Shown here piece by piece: positions 56,274 to 64,000 of a stretch of 64,000 nt of DNA. The notes below the pieces were generated by a model. That model had not been told where the DNA came from and did not search any database. It saw only the letters and a list, made by a program, of their open reading frames with translations. This DNA is from Desulfobacteraceae bacterium (GTDB taxonomy: Bacteria; Desulfobacterota; Desulfobacteria; Desulfobacterales; Desulfococcaceae), in assembly GCA_011390755.1 (NCBI GenBank), contig JAABRU010000007.1, positions 14,534-78,533 on the forward strand, read 5' to 3'. The position numbers and the translations under genes were made by a program. How positions within the stretch are numbered: the stretch's first letter is position 1; the number at the start of each line of letters is the position of its first letter.

Positions 56274-56978
56274 TTATTGCAATGTGTTTAAAGCATCCCT
56301 CAGGACAAGTGCACCGGGATTATCAAAACTGTTTTTCAGCAAAATGCCCTCCGGGTTGGCATCCTCTCCGTAATAACGCCGGTTGGCCGGATGGTCGGTA
56401 TTGATAATCCGGCCTTCCAGGGAAACACCCGCATACAGACCGTCCGTATTGGAAAAACAGTAAATATCTTTATGAACATTCTGTGAATCTGCTGCCAGAC
56501 CCGCGCCTTCGGAGCCTATGGCAAAACTGGCATCGGCCCCCAGGGTTACACCTGTCCGGATAGCGGATTCCAGCACCCTGTCATTCATGAGCACCATAAT
56601 CAGAGAAGTCCGCTGCATACCGATCTGCAGGCCCACACTTCCGCCTCCCATCGCGTAAAAAGCCGGATTTCCCCATTTTCCGTCTGCATCCCTTGCCAGC
56701 AGGACTCCTTTTCCGCCTTCTCCCCCGAACAGCACCCCTGCCCGGAAAATCCGCGGATAAATCAGAATACCGCGGGCATTGGCAATCAGTACCGCCAGGG
56801 AACGGTTATCCGCATCACCGCACATCACCCTGACAGCAACTGCCGCTGCATCCACCAGTTCCTGCTGTGCATTCTGCCCCTCTTCTCCGGAAAGGTTTTC
56901 ATTCATGGAAACACATCCGCTTATCAGCACCGGAAACAAGAGCATGAGGCAAATATGCCATCGGATATTTTTCACCAT
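56274..56978 (-). CDS. SYLF (Ysc84/DUF500) domain lipoprotein
   Basis: MVKNIRWHICLMLLFPVLISGC (lipobox-like), then ...GGEGGKGVLLARD..GKWGNPAFYAMGGGSVGLQIG...GADASFAIG...GLYAGVSLEG. Confidence 0.75.
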   Translation of the reverse strand: MVKNIRWHICLMLLFPVLISGCVSMNENLSGEEGQNAQQELVDAAAVAVRVMCGDADNRSLAVLIANARGILIYPRIFRAGVLFGGEGGKGVLLARDADGKWGNPAFYAMGGGSVGLQIGMQRTSLIMVLMNDRVLESAIRTGVTLGADASFAIGSEGAGLAADSQNVHKDIYCFSNTDGLYAGVSLEGRIINTDHPANRRYYGEDANPEGILLKNSFDNPGALVLRDALNTLQ

Positions 56979-57151
56979 TTTCCTCCTCCTGCATTTTTTT
57001 ATTATTTCTCCGAATATTTTCTGTATTACATGTATCACTGAAAAAATACAGTAAAATATGAAAATATTCTGCCTGTATGAACCCCGCAGCAAAAAACACT
57101 GCACGGCCAGCCCGTTTTTTAATCATCCGAATCCGATAACCCCTTAGTCTG

Positions 57152-57321
57152 TAATGTAACATTGTCTTTGAGAAAGGAGTGCGAAAATTATTTTTCGCCC
57201 GCGCTCCGAAGGAGCGCGGGCGAAAGACCGCTCCGCCCAACTTTCGCACTCCGGGTTTCGCTGAATAAAATACCGAATATAATCAGCATGAAACAATTTT
57301 CTCAAAGGGTATGTTACATTA
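57152..57321. mobile_element. MITE with TIR ATGTAACAT.../...ATGTTACAT, apparent TA duplication
   Basis: TAATGTAACATTGTCTTTGAGAAA ... TTTCTCAAAGGGTATGTTACATTA. The interior carries a GGAGTGCGAAAAT...TTTCGCACTCC palindrome. A solo end is at ~57855-57885. Confidence 0.65.
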
Positions 57322-57439
57322 CACCCTTAGTCTGTATTATTCATAAACCTTAACAGGTCTCCGAATTATCATGCTTCGGCTGAAAACCGGTATTCAGCAT
57401 TTGCGTTATTTTCGGGCGACTGCCGGAATGTATGAATAA

Positions 57440-57640
57440 CCCTACAACGTCACTTAGACATATTCCGGAATAATTTGGCAAATCCGGAACTGATTACAGG
57501 ATAATAATCTGTAACAAAGCATATTTATGAGATTATATCCGGCAATCATTTCTGTCAGTCTGTTCTGCACAGATTTATATCTCATAAAATCCTTTGGAAT
57601 ACGCAAATTTTATGAGACATGGCTAAGTGACGTTGTAGGG
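57440..57640. mobile_element. 201-bp MITE with perfect 18-bp TIRs
   Basis: CCCTACAACGTCACTTAG (57440-57457) is inverted relative to CTAAGTGACGTTGTAGGG (57623-57640). Confidence 0.8.
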
Positions 57641-57680
57641 ATAATGCAGGTTAGAGAGGCATATGAATTTATTAAATCCG

Positions 57681-57793
57681 AATGTTGATGCATCGGTAAA
57701 AAGTCCAAATTTCAAAAATTGCTGTTAATCAAATCAGTAAATTAATATGTATCAAAACCTGATTTTCCGACTTTTTACGAGATCGTCAATGTT
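57681..57793. mobile_element. MITE-Z, copy 5
   Basis: AATGTTGATGCATCGGTAAAAAGTCC ... GACTTTTTACGAGATCGTCAATGTT. Confidence 0.7.
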
Positions 57794-58102
57794 CGTTCAT
57801 GTAAAAAATTATTGAAAAAAATTTAATTTTCAAAGTGTTATAAAGATAATCGAAATGTGGATTCTCAAAGACTATGTTACATTACATGCTTAAACAGTTT
57901 CTCAAAAATATAAACCAAATTGCCCATGTACTGCAAATATGACAAGGCATATGAAATACCCTATACAATATATGAAGACATCTGATCAGGCAAGAAAAGA
58001 AAGGAAAATTTCAAAAAATCTGTTATTATCTTATGGAAAATCCCGGATAAATATGCTATCCTACCGAAATATAAAATAATCATAAAAAAAGGAGGCGGAC
58101 TG

Positions 58103-59011
58103 ATGATGAATGCATCTCCCGGACAATCCCGGATTGGCTGGATCGGTACGGGTGTAATGGGGCAGTGGATGTGCCGGCATATTATGAAAAAAGGATATCA
58201 GACCACTGTTTTTTCCCGTACAAAGACCAAAGCCCTTCCTTTGCTGGAAGAAGGTGCGCAATGGGCCGACTCCCCGGCAGAAACAGCAGCGGCATCGGAT
58301 ATTATATTCACCATGGTCGGATTTCCCGAAGATGTCCGCAGTGTGTATCTGGGGGAAAAGGGAATTCTTGCCGGAGCAGCCAGCGGAAGTATTCTGGTGG
58401 ATATGACCACGACCCGGCCCGGCCTGGCGCAGGAAATATATGAAAAAGCAGGAAAAAAAGGCATTTCATCCATTGATGCCCCGGTTTCCGGCGGAGATGT
58501 GGGCGCGAAAAATGCACAACTCTCCATTATGGCGGGCGGGGATACAGATGCCCTGAACGCTGTCATGCCGCTTTTGCAGGCAATGGGGAAAAAAATTGTG
58601 CATCAGGGAAAAGCCGGAGCAGGGCAGCATACCAAAATGTGCAACCAGATTGTCATTGCAGGGGCCATGATCGGCATGTGCGAATCTCTGCTGTATGCGC
58701 ATAAGGCCGGACTGGAGCCGGAAATCATGCTTTCTTCGGTTTCCGGCGGTGCTGCTGCCTGCTGGGCTCTGGATAATCTGGCCCCCAGAATCCTGAAACG
58801 GGAATTTCACAGCGGTTTTTTTGTCCGCCATTTTGTAAAAGATATGGGCATAGCACTGGAAGAAGCCAGGAAGATGAACCTGTGCATACCCGGGCTGGCA
58901 CTGGTGGAACAGCTGTATCAGTCCCTTTTGGCAATGGGCGGGGGGGAGATGGGAACCCAGGCTCTGATGCTGGCATTGGAAAAAATAAACTGCATAAAAG
59001 AGCATGACTGA
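58103..59011 (+). CDS. NAD(P)-dependent oxidoreductase, 3-hydroxyisobutyrate/2-hydroxy-3-oxopropionate reductase family
   Basis: IGWIGTGVMGQWMCRHI (Rossmann GxGxxG), ...DAPVSGG..GA...LSIMAGG, ...GAGQHTKMCNQ. AAAGGAGG RBS. Confidence 0.8.
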   Translation: MMNASPGQSRIGWIGTGVMGQWMCRHIMKKGYQTTVFSRTKTKALPLLEEGAQWADSPAETAAASDIIFTMVGFPEDVRSVYLGEKGILAGAASGSILVDMTTTRPGLAQEIYEKAGKKGISSIDAPVSGGDVGAKNAQLSIMAGGDTDALNAVMPLLQAMGKKIVHQGKAGAGQHTKMCNQIVIAGAMIGMCESLLYAHKAGLEPEIMLSSVSGGAAACWALDNLAPRILKREFHSGFFVRHFVKDMGIALEEARKMNLCIPGLALVEQLYQSLLAMGGGEMGTQALMLALEKINCIKEHD

Positions 59012-59019
59012 GCCTCTGT

Positions 59020-59062
59020 TTTAAAAATATCGGGTTTAAAAATATCGGTTTAAAAATATCAG
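59020..59062. repeat. 14-15-bp tandem repeat x3 (TTTAAAAATATCGG)
   Basis: Counted directly, immediately after the oxidoreductase stop codon. Confidence 0.85.
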
Positions 59063-59235
59063 ACCGGTCTGAAATCAGGGAATAGGGAAGATTGTAAGGG
59101 ACGGAATGCGGAAAATATCCTGGGGATTAAAATCTTGCACCGGATGCAAAAAATCCGGTGCAACGGTTTTTTTAAAACAACTTCTGAAAGCAGGGGGAAA
59201 TATACGTCTATTTTTCCCTGCAGCATGAAAAAATA

Positions 59236-59262
59236 TTGACAAAATATTTTTAATATTATAAA
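59236..59262 (+). promoter_or_regulatory. sigma70-type promoter candidate for tRNA-Gly
   Basis: TTGACA (59236-59241), then TATAAA 15 nt downstream or TAAATA at 17 nt, ~25 nt upstream of the tRNA 5' end. Confidence 0.4.
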
Positions 59263-59287
59263 TAGAACAATTTCAAAGCTTGAAGAA

Positions 59288-59363
59288 GCGGGCATAGCTC
59301 AGTTGGTAGAGTACAAGCTTCCCAAGCTTGGTGTCGCGAGTTCGAATCTCGTTGCCCGCTCCA
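59288..59363 (+). tRNA. tRNA-Gly (anticodon CCC), CCA encoded
   Basis: Acceptor stem GCGGGCA/UGCCCGC, D-arm AGCUCAGUUGGUAGAGU, anticodon stem-loop CAAGC-UUCCCAA-GCUUG, T-arm GCGAGUUCGAAUCUCGU, discriminator U, then CCA. Confidence 0.95.
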
Positions 59364-59596
59364 TTTTTATTTGAACGGTTTTCAGAAAACAGCTTTCGCG
59401 CAGGTATTGCCGCAATGCGAAATCTGTTTTCCGAAAAGGCTGTATGTCCGCCTTTACATCAGGGTAGACCTTATTCGCTTTTGCTTGTATCGGAGTCAGG
59501 ATTTCATATTTCTTACGCTTTCCGCAAGAGTTATTGTTTATGATAAATAATTAATTGTTTTCTACATCCGGTTGAAAGGTCTATTTGTATACAAAG

Positions 59597-59622
59597 AACG
59601 GGCGGCAGCCCGTTTTTTATTT
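59597..59622 (+). terminator. intrinsic terminator/attenuator between tRNA-Gly and rimP
   Basis: AACGGGC-GGCA-GCCCGTT hairpin followed by TTTTATTTT. Confidence 0.6.
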
Positions 59623-59727
59623 TCCGGAACAGGTGCAGGAGTCATGAAATCCGACAGATACAGACCCGACAAAGACAAATCGGGAAAAAAAATACCGTAC
59701 AGCGGTTCTCCTGAGAAAGACAGCCGC

Positions 59728-60189
59728 ATGATCACACGGGTAAAGGCACTGGCCGAACCGCTTTGCGCATCTGAAGGAACAGAGCTGGTTCAGGTGGAAT
59801 ATCAGCGTGAAGCCCGGGGCAGAGTGCTTCGTCTGTATATTGACAGACCCGGCGGGGTAAATCTGGATGACTGCGCTTCCATCAGTCGCCAGATAGGGGA
59901 TTTGCTGGATGTGGAACTGGAACAGAAAGCGACCTACCACCTGGAAGTTTCCTCTCCCGGCCCGAACCGCCCGCTGGGGAAAAAGGCTGATTATGATAAA
60001 TTCAAAGGAAATAAGGTGAAAATCAGTATTTCAGAACCTCTGGACGGAAAAAAACAGTTTCAGGGGATCCTCGGCGGTATGAAAGATGGAAAGGTATTGC
60101 TTCTGAAAGGGGAAAATACCATGGAGATTCCCTATGAGAAGATTATCCGGGCGCGACTTGTCAATTATAAGGGAGAAAACAAATGCTGA
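59728..60189 (+). CDS. rimP: ribosome maturation factor RimP
   Basis: MITRVKALAEPLCASEGTELVQVEYQREARGRVLRLYIDRPGGVNLDDC...LEVSSPGPNRPL. The 153-aa length fits RimP. An alternative upstream ATG at 59644 lies only 22 nt after the terminator hairpin. Confidence 0.85.
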   Translation: MITRVKALAEPLCASEGTELVQVEYQREARGRVLRLYIDRPGGVNLDDCASISRQIGDLLDVELEQKATYHLEVSSPGPNRPLGKKADYDKFKGNKVKISISEPLDGKKQFQGILGGMKDGKVLLLKGENTMEIPYEKIIRARLVNYKGENKC

Positions 60190-62153
60190 TTACAGATATA
60201 AAACGGGTGATTGAACAGGTTGGCCGGGATAAGGGCATTGATACCGATGTGCTGGTCAGGGCACTGGAAGAAGCATTGAAATCCGCCGCCAGAAAAAGGT
60301 ATGGAAACCGGATAGATATTGATGTTCAGTATAATGAGGAACTGGGAGAGATCGAAGTTTTCCAGTTTAAAGAAGTGGTCGAGGAAATCATTGATCCGGA
60401 TATGCAGATTACGCTGAAAGAAGGTCTGAAACTGGACCCCGAATGCGAAATCGGTGACTGTCTCGGCACCAAAATGGATACCCGGAAATTCGGCAGAATC
60501 GCGGCACAGTCTGCCAAACAGGTCATCATACAGAAAATGAAAGACGCGGAACGGGATGCTGTTTACAGCAATTTCATTAACCGCAAGGGAGAAATTATCA
60601 ACGGCATTGTTCAGCGTTTTGAACGGGGCAGCATTATTGTCAATCTGGGACAGGCCGATGCGGTTCTGCCGCACCGGGAGCAGTTGCCCAAGGACAACTA
60701 CCGCCGGGGAGACCGCATCCGCGCGTATATTGCAGATGTAAAAAACGATGGGCACGGTCCGCAGATTATTCTTTCCCGGACGCATCCGGATTTTCTTATA
60801 TCCCTTTTCAAAACAGAGGTGCCGGAAATCAGTGAGGGGCTGGTCAGCATTGTCGGTGCATCCCGCGAGCCGGGAGTCCGCGCCAAAATATCCGTTTCTT
60901 CCGCAGATTCGGATATTGACCCGGTCGGCGCATGTGTCGGCATGAAAGGCAGCCGGGTTCAGAATGTTGTGCAGGAACTGCGGGGGGAAAAAATTGATAT
61001 TATCCCCTGGCATGTGGATGCGGCCAAATTTGTCTGCAATGCACTGGCACCGGCTGAAATATCCAGGGTTATTATTGATGAAGAACACCGTTCCATGGAA
61101 GTCATTGTTCCCGACGAATTTTTATCGGTTTCCATCGGGAAAAAAGGCCAGAATGTCCGCCTTGCATCCAAGCTGACGCAATGGCGTCTGGATGTAAAAA
61201 GCGAAAGTCAGTACAGCCGCACCATGAAAGAAGGTTATGAATCCCTTACAGCTTTGCCCGGAGTAGACATCGCACTGGCAGATGCTTTGTATGAAAAAGG
61301 TTTTTTCTCCGCAGAAGAAATCAGCAAAAGTACGGTGGAAGATCTGATGAATATCCGGAGCCTGCAGGAAGAAGACGCATTAAAGCTGATTCGGGCATCC
61401 GAAGAATATATGGAAACAGGCAGATCCGCAGAGGAAGATATCGCCGAAGAAACAGCCGCGGAAGCAGCCAGAGACCTGTCCGCAGGGGAAGACAGCACCG
61501 AAGAGACAGCCGCGGAAGCAGTCAGAGACCTGTCCGAAGGGGAAGACAGCACCGAAGAGACAGCCGCGGAAGCAGCCAGAGACCTGTCCGCAGGGGAAGA
61601 CAGCACCGAAGAGACAGCCGCGGAAGCAGTCAGAGACCTGTCCGCAGGGGAAGACAGCACCGAAGAGACAGCCGCGGAAGCAGTCAGAGACCTGTCCGCA
61701 GGGGAAGACATCGCCGAAGAGACAGCAGCGGAAGCAGCCAGAGACCTGTCCGCAGGGGAAGATATCGCCGAAGAGACAGCCGCGGAAGCAGTCAGAGACC
61801 TGTCCGCAGGGGAAGATATCGCCGAAGAGACAGCCGCGGAAACAGTCAGAGACCTGTCCGCAGGGGAAGACAGCGCGCCGGAAAATCCGGACAGGACAGA
61901 AGCAGACGGATCTGAAGAAAGCGGAGAAAAGGAAGACTTTTCCACTGTTGCGGAAGAAGAAAATGCCCCGACTGTAATAGCGGAAACAGAAAGGGAAGAG
62001 ACAGAAGAAATACCGGAAGAGATAAATGGCAGCACCGGTACAGCAGCATCTCCCTCTCCCGAAAACAGGAAAGATATTCCGGAGGAACCGGACAGTAATG
62101 ATACAGTGCAAATGCAGATATCAGAAACAGCAGTGCAGGGTGAGATTTCATAA
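60183..62153 (+). CDS. nusA: transcription termination/antitermination factor NusA with a long acidic repeat tail
   Basis: The N-terminal domain, S1 (GEIINGIVQRFERGSIIVNLG), KH1/KH2 (GACVGMKGSRVQNVV, IGKKGQNVRLAS) and one HhH-like module are followed by 8 x 18-aa repeats. Confidence 0.95.
   Translation: MLITDIKRVIEQVGRDKGIDTDVLVRALEEALKSAARKRYGNRIDIDVQYNEELGEIEVFQFKEVVEEIIDPDMQITLKEGLKLDPECEIGDCLGTKMDTRKFGRIAAQSAKQVIIQKMKDAERDAVYSNFINRKGEIINGIVQRFERGSIIVNLGQADAVLPHREQLPKDNYRRGDRIRAYIADVKNDGHGPQIILSRTHPDFLISLFKTEVPEISEGLVSIVGASREPGVRAKISVSSADSDIDPVGACVGMKGSRVQNVVQELRGEKIDIIPWHVDAAKFVCNALAPAEISRVIIDEEHRSMEVIVPDEFLSVSIGKKGQNVRLASKLTQWRLDVKSESQYSRTMKEGYESLTALPGVDIALADALYEKGFFSAEEISKSTVEDLMNIRSLQEEDALKLIRASEEYMETGRSAEEDIAEETAAEAARDLSAGEDSTEETAAEAVRDLSEGEDSTEETAAEAARDLSAGEDSTEETAAEAVRDLSAGEDSTEETAAEAVRDLSAGEDIAEETAAEAARDLSAGEDIAEETAAEAVRDLSAGEDIAEETAAETVRDLSAGEDSAPENPDRTEADGSEESGEKEDFSTVAEEENAPTVIAETEREETEEIPEEINGSTGTAASPSPENRKDIPEEPDSNDTVQMQISETAVQGEIS
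61446..61877 (+). repeat. 8 tandem 54-bp coding repeats in nusA
   Basis: Units start at 61446, 61500, 61554, 61608, 61662, 61716, 61770 and 61824. Each encodes EETAAEA(A/V)RDLS(A/E)GED(ST/IA). Confidence 0.95.
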
Positions 62154-62293
62154 CAGAAGCATTGAAAAACCGGAAACAGCGGACGGGGACAGTACAGAAA
62201 GAGAAGCAGAATAATCATTCCGGATTGTTATAATAATATATTCCGGAAACAGTAATCATTGCCGATAACAGGACAACCCCATGCGGTTGATAT

Positions 62294-62320
62294 AAAACAT
62301 GAGGGCCCGGGCATGTTTTT
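62294..62320 (+). terminator. hairpin + T-run between nusA and infB (possible attenuator)
   Basis: AAAACATG-AGGGCCCGGG-CATGTTTT followed by T residues, ~35 nt upstream of the infB start. Confidence 0.4.
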
Positions 62321-62354
62321 CAATAATTCCTGAGATAGAAACAAGGGGGGACAG

Positions 62355-64000
62355 ATGGCAAAAATCAGAGTATATGAACTTGCCAAGGAGTTGAATATGA
62401 AGAATAAAGCACTCCTTGACAAGTTGGCAAAGATGGATATCAGTGTAAGCAGTCATATGACTTCTCTTGATAAAGATGTGGCTGCGAAAATAAAAGCGGA
62501 TATCGGAGGTAAAAAAGGGGAAGACACAAAAACATCCCGCACAAAACCGACAGTGATCCGGAAACGAAGGAAACGTGCAAGTGAAAAAAATGTGCAGAAT
62601 AAAGAAATAAAAAGCAGCCCGGATAAAAAAACGGCAGAAAAATCTTCTGCCCCCCCCCCCTCCCCAAAAGAAACTGCCCCGGAGGAAAGCAAAGCGGAAG
62701 AAAAACATGCGGCAGGAAAAAACGCGGACGCGGATAAAACCGTGGAAAAAGAAAAGACATCGGTAAAGAAAAAAACACCCGAAAAAGAACAAAGTGCCCC
62801 CCCTGCCAGGGAAAACAGGAAAAAAGCAAAAGACGGTGATAAAGCAGAAGATGCTGAAAATGCAGAAAAAAACGCCGGAAAAAAAGTAAAGAAAAAAAGA
62901 AAAAGAAAGAAAAAGAAAGAAAAAGATACACCTGCAAAGATTATCAAACTGCCCCCCAAACCTCCGGAAACGGTTCCGAAAGCCGAGGAAAAACAGGCGG
63001 CAGATACCGGAAAAGATACGGCAGCGGCCGCAGTAAAAACAGGCAGCAGCAACGAAGCGAAAGGGGAAGCGGGCGAATCGCAGGAGGATACGCAGTCAGC
63101 GGCTTCCCGGAAAAAGAAAAGTCGGAAAAAAGGTGTGACTCCGGATGCTGTGAAAGGGGAGGATGAAAAGGAAAACCGCTGGGCCAAAAAGAAAATTTCT
63201 TTTAAACGCAAAGAAGTGGTAGAAGGTGCTGCTCTTTACAGCGGAAAAGGCAGAAAAGGAAAACGGACAAAAGGCAAAAGCGTGAAACTGCAGAAAACGC
63301 AGATTACAACACCCAAGGCCATTAAACGGCGTATCCGCATTGATGATACCATTGTCCTGGCTGATCTGGCCAAACGCATGGGCATTAAAGCCAGTGAAAT
63401 GATTGTGAAACTGATGAAGCAGGGCGTAATGGTCACCGTGAACCAGACCATTGATTTTGACACCGCCGCACTGGTGGCTTCCGAATTCGGATATGAAGTG
63501 GAAAAAGCCGCATTTGCCGAAGATGCCATCCTGAAAATAGAAGAAAGCGATGATCCGGAAAAAATGACCGGCAGACCTCCGGTAGTCACCATTATGGGGC
63601 ATGTGGATCACGGAAAGACCTCTTTACTGGATGTTATCCGCAAGACCCGGATTACCGAAATCGAAGCAGGCGGAATTACCCAGCATATCGGAGCCTACAG
63701 CGTTTCTACCGAACGGGGACTGATTACCTTTCTTGACACTCCCGGGCATGAGGCTTTTACCTCCATGCGGGCACGGGGCGCGACCGTTACAGACATCGTG
63801 GTTCTGGTAGTTGCCGCGGATGACGGTGTAATGCCCCAGACAATTGAAGCCATCAATCATGCCAAAGTAGCCGGTGTTCCGATTATTGTGGCCGTAAACA
63901 AAATGGACAAAGCCGGAGCGGATCCGGACAGGATTCAGCGAGAACTGTCCGAACAGGGGCTGATGTCCGAAGACTGGGGCGGAGACACCATTTTTGTAAA
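62355..64000 (+). CDS. infB: translation initiation factor IF-2 (partial, continues beyond window)
   Basis: [24 protein letters not shown]..., a Lys/Glu/Pro-rich linker, then the G domain [30 protein letters not shown]. No stop codon before 64000, so it is absent from the ORF track. Confidence 0.95.
   Translation, partial: MAKIRVYELAKELNMKNKALLDKLAKMDISVSSHMTSLDKDVAAKIKADIGGKKGEDTKTSRTKPTVIRKRRKRASEKNVQNKEIKSSPDKKTAEKSSAPPPSPKETAPEESKAEEKHAAGKNADADKTVEKEKTSVKKKTPEKEQSAPPARENRKKAKDGDKAEDAENAEKNAGKKVKKKRKRKKKKEKDTPAKIIKLPPKPPETVPKAEEKQAADTGKDTAAAAVKTGSSNEAKGEAGESQEDTQSAASRKKKSRKKGVTPDAVKGEDEKENRWAKKKISFKRKEVVEGAALYSGKGRKGKRTKGKSVKLQKTQITTPKAIKRRIRIDDTIVLADLAKRMGIKASEMIVKLMKQGVMVTVNQTIDFDTAALVASEFGYEVEKAAFAEDAILKIEESDDPEKMTGRPPVVTIMGHVDHGKTSLLDVIRKTRITEIEAGGITQHIGAYSVSTERGLITFLDTPGHEAFTSMRARGATVTDIVVLVVAADDGVMPQTIEAINHAKVAGVPIIVAVNKMDKAGADPDRIQRELSEQGLMSEDWGGDTIFV

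Noticed and set aside
60165-63611. Long minus-strand ORFs (307, 327, 252, 243 and 171 aa) across nusA and infB.
   Set aside because: They are antisense to universally conserved genes. Their repeat-driven open frames arise from the 54-bp nusA repeats and the Lys/Glu-rich infB linker.

Overview
64-kb chromosomal window, mid-40s % GC by eye. Gene content (sigma54 activator, PilZ, MCP, PrkA, MoxR/DUF58, a UGA-selenoprotein, rimP-nusA-infB) suggests a large-genome Desulfobacterales-like deltaproteobacterium; this is inference only. I support about 35 protein genes. Housekeeping genes: fxsA, ggt-family, argC, tRNA-Gly(CCC), rimP, nusA, infB (runs off the 3' edge). Signalling genes: atypical kinase, PilZ, DUF4388/cNMP protein, REC-DHp protein, MCP, PrkA. 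There are also two giant ORFs: a 1847-aa AAA+ protein and a 1522-aa GlmS-like amidotransferase. The window is saturated with small non-autonomous repeats: at least 10 MITE/REP families, several nested, some with perfect target-site duplications. It also holds decayed mobile DNA: a nested, disrupted IS; ISAs1, integrase and IS91 remnants; a group II intron whose RT lost the YADD region; and two ORF-less intron-like RNA elements. Three toxin-antitoxin modules are present. Main second-look items: (1) a 1048-codon alpha/beta-hydrolase/NB-ARC/TPR STAND gene cut into three ORFs by two MITE copies, with the frame restored exactly on in-silico excision; (2) the solitary 1847-aa AAA+/TPR giant bordering a TA and defence-remnant island; (3) an atypical Ser/Thr kinase next to a presenilin/SPP-like GxGD membrane protease; (4) an in-frame UGA at the CxxC position of a DsbA/FrnE-like gene, a likely selenoprotein; (5) the group II intron-like RNA family with covarying DV stems; (6) 30 tandem heptanucleotides in a PilZ 3' region. 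Repeat boundaries are hand-derived and may be off by a few nt. No database search was possible, so all family names come from motif recognition.
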